Virus record (IMG/VR): IMGVR_UViG_3300031519_004372
Coordinates: 71,782-135,781 of that record
Length of the DNA stretch: 64,000 nt
From: a virus
Reading direction: 5' to 3' (one strand)
The stretch's first letter is position 1. Each line of letters begins with the position of its first letter. This document shows, one piece after another, positions 55,815 to 64,000 of the stretch. A program made the position numbers and the translations under genes. Below the pieces are notes generated by a model. It did no database searches, was not told where the DNA came from, and saw nothing but the letters and a program-made list of their open reading frames with translations.

Positions 55815-56043
55815 AACCCAAATTGTTGATGTATGGACAGTATTTAAAGAATACTTAGATAAAAAACATATTCATACTGCTGCTGAAAGGTATGTTGATT
55901 TACTTTGTGATATAGGAGTTAAAGAAGAAACTTTACACGAAGTAATAGGGTCCGATAGTGAACTAGATGATGCTATTTGTTATTATCTAGATATGGATAA
56001 AGACGATCAAGACGAAGACACTGACGACGAATACGAGGATTAA
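55807..56043 (+). CDS. Small acidic hypothetical protein
   Basis: Start set to ATG 55807 (GGAG RBS), overlapping the uvsX stop; D/E-rich tail. Confidence 0.6.
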   Translation: MDETQIVDVWTVFKEYLDKKHIHTAAERYVDLLCDIGVKEETLHEVIGSDSELDDAICYYLDMDKDDQDEDTDDEYED

Positions 56044-56045
56044 TA

Positions 56046-56501
56046 ATGGGCTGGTATTCTGAAGTTTCAAGAGACGTATCAAAAATTCCTTCTGCTATTG
56101 CATACTTTGAAGATCAATTAATTGAAGCCAAAGGTGAAATAAAATTAAAAGGAAACGTTGAACGAGCAGCTGCAGAAATGCCAGGCATTGTTGAACATCG
56201 ATTCAACCAACTTCAAGAAATTGAAGCAATCCTACACTACTTAAATATCGAGCTACGTAGATTGCGTAGCTCGTTTTTTAAGAAATATTTAGAAAATTAC
56301 CAACGAGCTCTGTCAAGCCGTGACGTTGAAAAATACGTAGACGGTGAGGCAGACGTTGTTGACTATGAAAAGATTATCAACGAGTTTGCACTAATGCGTA
56401 ACAAATGGTTAGGTGTTCTTAAAGGACTTGACCAGAAGCAATGGCAGATAACTAATGTTGTAAAGTTAAGAGTAGCAGGAATGGAAGATGCTAGTATCTA
56501 A
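56046..56501 (+). CDS. uvsY: Recombination mediator (UvsY-like)
   Basis: 151-aa helical protein downstream of uvsX; D.EKY.DG..D ... LD.K.WQ..N.V.LR. Confidence 0.7.
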   Translation: MGWYSEVSRDVSKIPSAIAYFEDQLIEAKGEIKLKGNVERAAAEMPGIVEHRFNQLQEIEAILHYLNIELRRLRSSFFKKYLENYQRALSSRDVEKYVDGEADVVDYEKIINEFALMRNKWLGVLKGLDQKQWQITNVVKLRVAGMEDASI

Positions 56502-57444
56502 TGAACCATTAATAGTTGGGATAAAAGGTAGCTTTGATGCTCAAAATTTATTATTTGTTCCCAATTTACCTAATTTTAAAATAGTAGAAAGTTTAGATGA
56601 TCCGTTAGTACAAAGTGCTGATGGGTATATGCAAACTAATATATATAAATTTTCAACTCCAAAATTAAAAGATCAGTTTGATTTTATTAAAGAATCAGGC
56701 AAACCTTTTTTAGTATATGAAAGTCCTGTATTTCGTAGGGGCACAACAGCATTACAAGATAAGAATCCACTGTTTATGCAACGTGTAGGCTGGAATCATT
56801 TTATGCGACAGGGAATATTTTGTAATGAAAATAGCCCGCCGGATAGATTTAACCAAATACAAAAAGACCAAAACATAGAAATAAAGCCTTGGAGAGCAAA
56901 GGGTGATTACATATTATTCATTTTGCAAAAACCCAATGACAGTAGTTTAGAACAAGTACATAAAGTTTGGGGGAATAATTATTGGGATTACGTAGTTGAT
57001 TGCTTAAAGCATATACGCAAGCACACTGATATGCCTATTGTTCTTAGAGGGCATCCAAAAGCAAACAAAAGTAGATCAATAGCTGCAGGTATTGCAACAA
57101 AAGAAGGAATACCCAACGTAACGCATACTACTAATTACGATACAGACACAATTGCAAACGGTGGGAGGGGACTACAAAAAGACCTTGACAACGCCTGGGC
57201 AGTAGTTGGAACAACTAGTAATACCCTTATTGAAAGTGCGTGTTTAGGTATTCCTACATTTGCATTAGATGACACTGCAATGGCTTGGCCAGTATGCCAA
57301 CCTAATTTATCGTATTTAGAAAACCCCAAATTAGATATACCACGAGAGCAATGGTTATATGATCTAGCTTGGACACAATATTATTTTAATGAGCATAAAT
57401 CGGGGTTTGCCTGGAACAGACTTAAGCCTTATTACTTTTCTTAA
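56488..57444 (+). CDS. GT-B-type glycosyltransferase, capsule-synthesis (KpsS/KpsC)-like
   Basis: 318 aa; LQKP.D.S, IVLRGHP, DL.NAWAVV..TSN..IES..LG.P, R.QWL..LAW.Q...E...G.AW shared with three paralogues in the locus. Confidence 0.55.
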   Translation: MLVSNEPLIVGIKGSFDAQNLLFVPNLPNFKIVESLDDPLVQSADGYMQTNIYKFSTPKLKDQFDFIKESGKPFLVYESPVFRRGTTALQDKNPLFMQRVGWNHFMRQGIFCNENSPPDRFNQIQKDQNIEIKPWRAKGDYILFILQKPNDSSLEQVHKVWGNNYWDYVVDCLKHIRKHTDMPIVLRGHPKANKSRSIAAGIATKEGIPNVTHTTNYDTDTIANGGRGLQKDLDNAWAVVGTTSNTLIESACLGIPTFALDDTAMAWPVCQPNLSYLENPKLDIPREQWLYDLAWTQYYFNEHKSGFAWNRLKPYYFS

Positions 57445-57445
57445 A

Positions 57446-57466
57446 TAAACTACGTATATAAATACT
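57446..57466 (+). repeat. 21-nt direct repeat containing a late promoter (second copy at 58832-58852)
   Basis: TAAACTACGTATATAAATACT versus TAAACTGCGTATATAAATACT (one mismatch). Confidence 0.85.
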
Positions 57467-57480
57467 AGCGGAGAACCTTT

Positions 57481-58179
57481 ATGCAAACAACATTATATCA
57501 AGACTGGACTATATTGTCTGGCGATACTACTCTACGCAGAGCACTAAAAAAAGAACGAAAAACAGAAGTTGTTGATTATCAGTATGAACAACTTAACACA
57601 GCAATATCGTGTTGCAAGCAATTTAGGACAGCAATTGATGTAGGAGCAAACTACGGCGTAATGTCATACCATATGTCAAAAAGATTTACTAACGTGCATG
57701 CATTTGAAATTGAACCTAACGTTTATAACTGCTTAGAAACAAATGTAAAACACTTTAAGCTAGATAATGTACAAACACATGCATGCGGGCTTGGTAATAA
57801 AGAGCAAACTGTTTCACTGACTTACATCGGCAATAAAGAGAAATCTAACTCACAGCCCTACAAAGGAACAAGTACATTTGGCACACATGTTACTCCCGAT
57901 TCAAGCGGTGATATCTTAGTAAAAACAATGGATAGTTTTTCATTTACGGATGTTGATTTTATTAAAATGGACGCTGAAGGGTTTGAGCCACTTATTATAA
58001 ATGGTGGCATTGATCTAATAGCAAAATATAAGCCTGTAATACTATACGAATGCAAAGGGCACGAAACTAGATACGGCTATGCAAAAGACGAAGTTGGTCA
58101 ACAATTAAAGAAGTTTGGCTATGTCAAAATAGCAGATGCAGGTAACAAAAAAAACGCAATTATAGGTGTGATAAATTAA
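57481..58179 (+). CDS. FkbM-family SAM-dependent methyltransferase
   Basis: 232 aa; AIDVGANYG, HAFEIEP, VDFIKMDAEGFE. Confidence 0.85.
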   Translation: MQTTLYQDWTILSGDTTLRRALKKERKTEVVDYQYEQLNTAISCCKQFRTAIDVGANYGVMSYHMSKRFTNVHAFEIEPNVYNCLETNVKHFKLDNVQTHACGLGNKEQTVSLTYIGNKEKSNSQPYKGTSTFGTHVTPDSSGDILVKTMDSFSFTDVDFIKMDAEGFEPLIINGGIDLIAKYKPVILYECKGHETRYGYAKDEVGQQLKKFGYVKIADAGNKKNAIIGVIN

Positions 58180-58800
58180 ATGAAACAAGTATATAATTAT
58201 TGGATGCCAGATAGCGATAATCATTTTCATAGGATGATTACTAAGCGTATTAAAAATGGTGGACCAGCTGAATATCAAGACGATGTTAGAGATGCTGCTT
58301 ACCAATACGTTACAGATTTTGATCTTGCAATTGACGTTGGAGCAAATGTAGGGCTATGGGCAAAGCCATTAACTGAAAAATTTAAACAAGTTCTTGCTTA
58401 CGAACCTATGCAACAAGTATACGAATGCTTAGAACTTAATGTAAAAGACTTGCCAGTGCAAATTAATTCTTTTGCATTAGGAAGTGTTAATGATAAAGTT
58501 ACTATGGAATTTGATAAAGACAATACCGGTAATAGTTATGTTTCTGATATCGGTACTGGCAACATAACTATTAAACGCATGGATGATTTAAATTTGCCTA
58601 AATTTGGATTATTAAAAATTGATTGTGAAAGACACGAGTTAGAAGTGTTAAAAGGTGCAACAGAAACAATTTTAAAATACAAACCCATCATTGTATGCGA
58701 GCAACATCCTGACACAAATGAGTGTGCTGGAGAGTATATAAAATCATTAGGTGCAAAAGAATTAACTAATGTTAGAAAAGATTATATCTTTGGCTGGTAA
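58180..58800 (+). CDS. FkbM-family SAM-dependent methyltransferase
   Basis: 206 aa; AIDVGANVG, AYEP, LLKIDCERHE. Confidence 0.85.
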   Translation: MKQVYNYWMPDSDNHFHRMITKRIKNGGPAEYQDDVRDAAYQYVTDFDLAIDVGANVGLWAKPLTEKFKQVLAYEPMQQVYECLELNVKDLPVQINSFALGSVNDKVTMEFDKDNTGNSYVSDIGTGNITIKRMDDLNLPKFGLLKIDCERHELEVLKGATETILKYKPIIVCEQHPDTNECAGEYIKSLGAKELTNVRKDYIFGW

Positions 58801-58855
58801 TTTCTTTAATACCAGGATTCTTAACTAGTCATAAACTGCGTATATAAATACTTAT

Positions 58856-59623
58856 ATGAGCAAAGTTGTATTAGTTACGGGCGGATTTGACCCACTTCAT
58901 AGTGGACATATTGAGTATTTTAAAGCTGCCAAACAATTAGGCCAAAAGCTAATAGTTGGTGTAAATTCAGACGAGTGGCTTACCCGTAAAAAAGGTAGAC
59001 CATTTATGCCATTTACAGAGCGTGTTAATATTCTTAAAGAACTTGCTTGTGTTGATAAAGTTATTGGGTTTAATGACGAAGATGACAGTGCTTGTCATGC
59101 AATCTTTCATACACTTAGTACACATGACAGCAGTACAACAGTTATATTTGCTAACGGTGGTGACAGAACAAATACAACAACTCCCGAATATAAAATTTAT
59201 CATGATTATCCTCACGTAGAGTTTGCATTCTCAGTTGGTGGAGAAGATAAAAAAAATTCTAGTAGTTGGATTTTAGAGGAATGGAAAAATCCTAAAACTA
59301 TACGTGCTTGGGGATGGTATCGAGTTCTTGACAACCAAATAGGTTATAAAGTTAAAGAATTAGTTATTGCACCAGGAAAAAGTCTAAGTAATCAGCGACA
59401 TTTTAAAAGAAGTGAACATTGGTATGTACTTAAAGGAGAGTGTGCGTTAACTACAGAATGGGACGATCGGGTAACAACGTCTTTACTAACTGAACTAACA
59501 TCTGGGTATGCCATCGGACAACAAGTGTGGCACCAAGCATCTAATAATACTAAAGATCTATGCCATATACTTGAAGTACAATATGGGGAAGAATGTGTGG
59601 AGGAAGACATTGAACGAAGATAA
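58856..59623 (+). CDS. Cytidylyltransferase-like domain fused to a mannose-6-phosphate isomerase type II-like cupin
   Basis: 255 aa; TGGFDPLHSGH, GVNSDEWL.RKKG.PF, FANGGDR, followed by WGWY.VL, VKEL.I.PG.SLS.QRH..RSEHW.V. Confidence 0.85.
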   Translation: MSKVVLVTGGFDPLHSGHIEYFKAAKQLGQKLIVGVNSDEWLTRKKGRPFMPFTERVNILKELACVDKVIGFNDEDDSACHAIFHTLSTHDSSTTVIFANGGDRTNTTTPEYKIYHDYPHVEFAFSVGGEDKKNSSSWILEEWKNPKTIRAWGWYRVLDNQIGYKVKELVIAPGKSLSNQRHFKRSEHWYVLKGECALTTEWDDRVTTSLLTELTSGYAIGQQVWHQASNNTKDLCHILEVQYGEECVEEDIERR

Positions 59624-61328
59624 TAACCTAATACCGTTAAAGATATTTATAGGATACGATACAAGAGAAGATATTGCGTATGAAGTATGCAAACAAAGTA
59701 TACTTGATACGGCATCTGTTCCTGTTGAAATTATTCCTTTAAAATTAAAAGAATTAAGAAAATCCGGATGGTACACTAGAGATGAAGACCAACTAGGAAG
59801 TACTGAATTTACATTTAGTCGTTTTATGATTCCGTTTCTTACAGACTATACTGGCTGGGCATTATTTATTGATTGTGATTTTATTTTTAAAAGAGACATC
59901 GTACATCTATTTGAACAAAAAGATGACAAGTATGCAGTAATGTGTGCTCATCATGATTATACTCCTAAAGATGGAGAAAAGATGGACGGGCAAGCACAAT
60001 TACCGTACCCAAGAAAAAATTGGTCAAGTATGGTTTTATGGAACTGTGGACATGCAACTAATAAGACCGTAACATTATCATTAATTAATGATCCTAAAAC
60101 ATCTGGAGCATACCTTCATAGATTTTCCTGGATACCCGATAGTCTAATAGGAAAAATAACTCATAAATGGAATTGGTTGGTTGGTTGGTACAAAGAACCT
60201 CAAGATGGTATTCCGTGGGCATTGCACTATACTGAAGGCGGCCCTTGGTTTGAAGGATTTGAAGATTGTGAATATGCGTTAGATTGGGTCCAAGTAGAAA
60301 GAAATTTCTATAAAAATCAAATAACCAAACTTGAAGAAACTATTAAAAATAATAACAATCGAAGAATAAATGTTAGCGATTTAACACTTAGTGACCATGC
60401 TAAAAAATTATTAGAAGCAACACTTCATGAGTTAGTAGATCCTTCTGGAACAATATACACTGACGCTAAAGACACTATAATAAAAATAAAGGAGGAAGCA
60501 ATGGGAAATAAAGTTGCTGCAATGAATAATTGGGGAGCAAAGCCCGAAACTAGTACTCGTGCACCAAAAGGACTGTATGACCCTTATTGTGAAAATTTTA
60601 TTTTAGGAAGTGGCGGAATTGTAAGCGAATTTGCTAGAGAAGTAAAATCCGATAACACATTAGTAATACGTGGGTTAGGTGGAGGCGGCCAAAAAGCTAT
60701 AAAACATTGTTTGGAAAATAATAGAGATTTTTATGCAATTGATACAGGCTATATTCAACCCGGTCCTAGGAAAGAATATCATCGAGTCACAAAAAATAAT
60801 TTACAAAATTTAGAATTAATTCACAATCGCCCGCATGATAGATTATCAAAACTAGGTTGGCGTCCTACTAAATTTAAAAAAGACAACGGAGAAAATATTT
60901 TAATATGTCCGCCTAGTGCAAAAGTAATGAAATTTTACGGCCAAGATGCTGACGCCTGGATTGATAATGTGTTAAATGAACTTCCAAAGTACACTGATAG
61001 GCCTATTGTAGTAAGAACAAAACCTTCAAGTAGAAGAGAACGTACTACATTTAATACTATCTACGATGCGTTAGATGAGGCATATTGCCTAGTAACATAT
61101 AATAGTATTGCAGCTACAGAAGCATTATTAGTTGGCAAGCCGGTAATTGCATTAGCACCAAATGCTGCTCAGACATTATGTAATAAAAATCTTAATGAAA
61201 TAGAAAATTTAAATTACCCTAGCTTAGATGAACTTGTTAATTTTGCAGCACACTTATCTTATTGTCAGTTTACTTCTAATGAATTACGTTCTGGATATGC
61301 TTGGAGTATTTTAAATGAAAGTAGTTAG
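59610..61328 (+). CDS. Fusion of a GT8-like GT-A glycosyltransferase and a KpsS/KpsC-like GT-B domain
   Basis: IFIGYD.RE, STEFTFSRF, FIDCDF (DxD), YPRKNWSS, ALHYTEGGPW, then a second domain with IDTGY, VVRTKP, VTYNSIAA.EA. Start set to TTG 59610 after GGAGG; internal AAGGAGG-ATG at 60501. Confidence 0.7.
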   Translation: MNEDNNLIPLKIFIGYDTREDIAYEVCKQSILDTASVPVEIIPLKLKELRKSGWYTRDEDQLGSTEFTFSRFMIPFLTDYTGWALFIDCDFIFKRDIVHLFEQKDDKYAVMCAHHDYTPKDGEKMDGQAQLPYPRKNWSSMVLWNCGHATNKTVTLSLINDPKTSGAYLHRFSWIPDSLIGKITHKWNWLVGWYKEPQDGIPWALHYTEGGPWFEGFEDCEYALDWVQVERNFYKNQITKLEETIKNNNNRRINVSDLTLSDHAKKLLEATLHELVDPSGTIYTDAKDTIIKIKEEAMGNKVAAMNNWGAKPETSTRAPKGLYDPYCENFILGSGGIVSEFAREVKSDNTLVIRGLGGGGQKAIKHCLENNRDFYAIDTGYIQPGPRKEYHRVTKNNLQNLELIHNRPHDRLSKLGWRPTKFKKDNGENILICPPSAKVMKFYGQDADAWIDNVLNELPKYTDRPIVVRTKPSSRRERTTFNTIYDALDEAYCLVTYNSIAATEALLVGKPVIALAPNAAQTLCNKNLNEIENLNYPSLDELVNFAAHLSYCQFTSNELRSGYAWSILNESS

Positions 61329-62250
61329 TTATTTAAGATCAGTTCCTGGCAAAAATGACAATCCTCAGAAAGAAAAATTATTAGTTGATTTTGCAGCTGG
61401 GGTTAATGCAGCTGGAGACACTGGCATTGTTCATCATCATGATAACTTAATTGAATGTGATGCAGCAATGATACAAGGTTGGGTATATTCTAAGATTGTT
61501 ACTCCGCATTTACGATTAAGAGATTCAGTTATAAGATCTCAGAAAGAGTACAACAAACGCACAATAACAGCTGATGCAAATTTGTTTTTATTTCATGATC
61601 CGACAAATGCAAAAGGTGGATATTTAAGATATAGTTTTGATGGTATTTTTCCTACTACCGGAAATTATTGTGACAATAACGTTGACAGAAGTCGTTGGCA
61701 GAGTATATCAAAAACTTTAAATTTAACAATGACACCCTACACCAGACAAGGCCATCATATAGTTTTAATGTGCCAGCGCCAAGGCGGCTGGAGTATGAAG
61801 GGTCTAGACGTAGTAGAATGGATTGCAGATACAATAACACGCATTCAATCCTATACAGATAGAAAAATTGTTATAAGAAGTCATCCTGGTGATAAGTTAG
61901 CAGAAAAATATCTATCACCTACTATACCAAACCACCCTCTACTAAGATTTTCTAATATAGAATTAAGTCCACCAGGAAGATTGTTAGATGAAGATCTAAA
62001 AGGAGCGTGGGCAATAGTTAATCATAATAGTAGTGCCGCAGTAGGACCACTTATTAGAGGATATCATTGCTTTTTAACAGACTCAACTGATAGTCAATGT
62101 AAAGAAGTTAGTAATACAGATCTTAGTAAAATTGAATCGCCAGAGTATTTTGACAGACAACCTTGGCTAGAAAGAATTAGTATGTGCCATTGGTCTTTTG
62201 ATGAATTAAGGTCCGGCATTTGTTGGAAACACATGAGAGAATATATATAA
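61315..62250 (+). CDS. KpsS/KpsC-like GT-B glycosyltransferase paralogue
   Basis: 311 aa; CQR..GWSM, IVIRSHP, DL..AWA.V.HNSSAAV, R.PWL......HW...EL..G..W. Confidence 0.55.
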   Translation: MKVVSYLRSVPGKNDNPQKEKLLVDFAAGVNAAGDTGIVHHHDNLIECDAAMIQGWVYSKIVTPHLRLRDSVIRSQKEYNKRTITADANLFLFHDPTNAKGGYLRYSFDGIFPTTGNYCDNNVDRSRWQSISKTLNLTMTPYTRQGHHIVLMCQRQGGWSMKGLDVVEWIADTITRIQSYTDRKIVIRSHPGDKLAEKYLSPTIPNHPLLRFSNIELSPPGRLLDEDLKGAWAIVNHNSSAAVGPLIRGYHCFLTDSTDSQCKEVSNTDLSKIESPEYFDRQPWLERISMCHWSFDELRSGICWKHMREYI

Positions 62251-63095
62251 TGGAAATTACAGTATTAACAACATTTCATAAACCAGGTTTAGACAAATAC
62301 GGACAACGTATGATTGATAGTTTTGCATCTAATATTGATAAACGTATTAAATTGTTAGTGTATGCAGAAGATTGCTCGCCAGTAAATCCAAACCCAAAAC
62401 AAATTACAATATTAAATGCAAAGGAAGTATTGCCTAAACTAAATGCGTTTAAATCAACATGGGGACATGTTCCTAAAGCTAATGGCGACATTACTAATGA
62501 GCCACAGCGCCACACACGTCGCGATTGGATGAAGAAATTCAAGTGGGACGCAGTTAGGTTCGCTAATAAAACATACGCTGTGTATGACGCTGTACAGCGT
62601 TCTAAGGACTGGTGTGTATGGATGGACGCGGATACATTTGTGCATAGCCCCTGGACGTATGAAGACTTTGCAGAACAATTACCTAATGAAAGTTGGATCA
62701 CATATGTAGGCAGAGGCAAAGGATCGCAAACATGGCCAGAGTGTGGCTTCTACGGATTAAACTTAAATCATCCTGTGTGCCACGAGTTTCTTAAAGAGTT
62801 TGAAAGAGTATACGAAGAAGCAGACAACGGAATATTCTTGTTAGACGAATGGCATGACAGTTATGTGTTTGGGAGTATATTAAACAATATGAAATTACAA
62901 TTTCCTAATGCACACGACTATAGTGCTGAGATGTATCTGCGTGAAGCAAAGTCAGGCGGCGGTGGACATCCGTTGATTAACGGCGTACTAGGTAAATGGA
63001 TTGACCATATGAAAGGTGGACGCAAGGAAGCAGGTAAGTCTCAAAAGAAAGATATTATGGTTAACAGAACAGAAGATTATTGGAGAGAAATTTAA
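62250..63095 (+). CDS. GT-A-type glycosyltransferase
   Basis: WDAVRF..K.YA, WMDADT (DxD), ECGFY..N, EWHDSYVF; start set to ATG 62250 overlapping the upstream stop. Confidence 0.65.
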   Translation: MEITVLTTFHKPGLDKYGQRMIDSFASNIDKRIKLLVYAEDCSPVNPNPKQITILNAKEVLPKLNAFKSTWGHVPKANGDITNEPQRHTRRDWMKKFKWDAVRFANKTYAVYDAVQRSKDWCVWMDADTFVHSPWTYEDFAEQLPNESWITYVGRGKGSQTWPECGFYGLNLNHPVCHEFLKEFERVYEEADNGIFLLDEWHDSYVFGSILNNMKLQFPNAHDYSAEMYLREAKSGGGGHPLINGVLGKWIDHMKGGRKEAGKSQKKDIMVNRTEDYWREI

Positions 63096-63647
63096 ATGGT
63101 TGATATAGACGAACATTTAGGCGGCGGTGAAGGACGTTGTTGGACAGACGAAGGATGTTTAGATTGGGCAATTAACAATCTAAACATAAAAAGTATGATT
63201 GATATTGGATGTGGACAAGCCTGCCAAGTAGAACTTGCAAGAGAGAAAAATTTACGTGCTATAGGAGTTGAAGGTGATCCGCGATGTATAAAAGAAGATT
63301 TGCAAATACAGTTTGACTTTAGTAAAGGTAAATTTTCAATTGAAGAAAAGTTTGACCTTGCTTGGAGTGTAGAATTTTTAGAACATGTATACGAAGAATT
63401 TATTCCAAACTATATGACGGCATTTCAAGCAGCAAAATATGTAATTTGTACACATGCACCGCCAGGTAAAAAAGGATATCATCATGTTAATTGTAATACA
63501 AAAGAATATTGGATAGACATATTTGATCAATATGGGTTTGACTTTAATGAAAAGTTAACCAATAAAGTTAGAACTTCTACAACAATGGGAAAAGCCTTTA
63601 TGAGAAAATATGGCTTAGTCTTTATTAACCGGAACAATGAAAGTTAG
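63096..63647 (+). CDS. Class I SAM-dependent methyltransferase
   Basis: 183 aa; MIDIGCG, GVEG, FDLAWSVEFLEHV, HHVNC. Confidence 0.75.
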   Translation: MVDIDEHLGGGEGRCWTDEGCLDWAINNLNIKSMIDIGCGQACQVELAREKNLRAIGVEGDPRCIKEDLQIQFDFSKGKFSIEEKFDLAWSVEFLEHVYEEFIPNYMTAFQAAKYVICTHAPPGKKGYHHVNCNTKEYWIDIFDQYGFDFNEKLTNKVRTSTTMGKAFMRKYGLVFINRNNES

Positions 63648-64000
63648 TTTATGGACATCTTATGGCGCACTTAATAGTAGACCTATCTTTGATGCTTTTG
63701 AACACAGTCTTATATCTGCTGGGTGGACTGTTTCTCATAATGATGCTAGTGCCGATGTTAATGTTATTTGGAGTGTGTTGTTTAATGGACGAATGGGAAG
63801 AAACAAGGAAGTCTGGCAACAAAACAAACCAACCATAGTATTAGAAGTTGGAGGCATTAAACGAGGCACAACTTGGAAGGTAGGATTAAATGGGATTAAT
63901 AGAAGTGCTTACTTTGGGCCCGATAATAATAACGATGATCGCCATCGTCTACTCGGTCTATCGTTAAAGCCTTGGCGTACTAGTGGAGAGTTTATTCTTA
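63637..64000 (+). CDS. Further KpsS/KpsC-like GT-B paralogue (partial, runs off window end)
   Basis: Open frame MKVSLWTSYGALNSRPIFDAF...VLEVGGIKRGTTWKVGLNG...LKPWRTSGEFIL; the KPWR..G..IL segment matches the 56488 product. Confidence 0.6.
   Translation, partial: MKVSLWTSYGALNSRPIFDAFEHSLISAGWTVSHNDASADVNVIWSVLFNGRMGRNKEVWQQNKPTIVLEVGGIKRGTTWKVGLNGINRSAYFGPDNNNDDRHRLLGLSLKPWRTSGEFIL

Noticed and set aside
1344-62719. Numerous short antisense or out-of-frame ORFs in the supplied track (e.g. 2618-3235, 5463-5933, 25311-25646, 41938-42315, 49087-49605, 50485-50940)
   Set aside because: They lie wholly inside long, motif-bearing genes, lack RBS or promoter context and read as codon-bias shadows
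1-64000. Stop-codon reassignment, tRNA/rRNA genes, introns or inteins
   Set aside because: Long ORFs tile the window under the standard code; no cloverleaf or rRNA-like stretch was seen; terL, uvsX and gp32 are uninterrupted and of normal size

Overview
AT-rich segment of a large T4-like (myovirus, probably jumbo) phage genome, not a bacterial chromosome. Host cannot be assigned from this window. It contains four blocks. (1) 1-32 kb: a + strand virion and tail-fibre/baseplate-appendage module with two tandem paralogue pairs, a triad of very Cys-rich proteins, a GT9-type glycosyltransferase, a NodU/CmcH-type carbamoyltransferase and a 2147-aa repeat protein. (2) 32.2-35.7 kb: a - strand operon for ADP-heptose synthesis (hldE, hldD, gmhB) with a cupin and purN, but no gmhA in the window. 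(3) 36-56 kb: T4 core genes, namely neck gp13/14/15, dNMP kinase, sheath gp18, tube gp19, gp4, terminase, gp32, uvsX and uvsY, plus two proteins with peptidoglycan-binding modules. (4) 56.5-64 kb: a second glycosylation/methylation locus running off the right end. Regulatory signals include T4-type late promoters (TAAATA/TATAAATA), near-consensus sigma70 promoters and many apparently leaderless genes. The most interesting candidate system is a phage-encoded heptose/glycan decoration machinery linked to the virion genes, with a recurrent DDST motif in structural proteins as a possible acceptor site. All product calls come from motifs read by eye; no database search was run.
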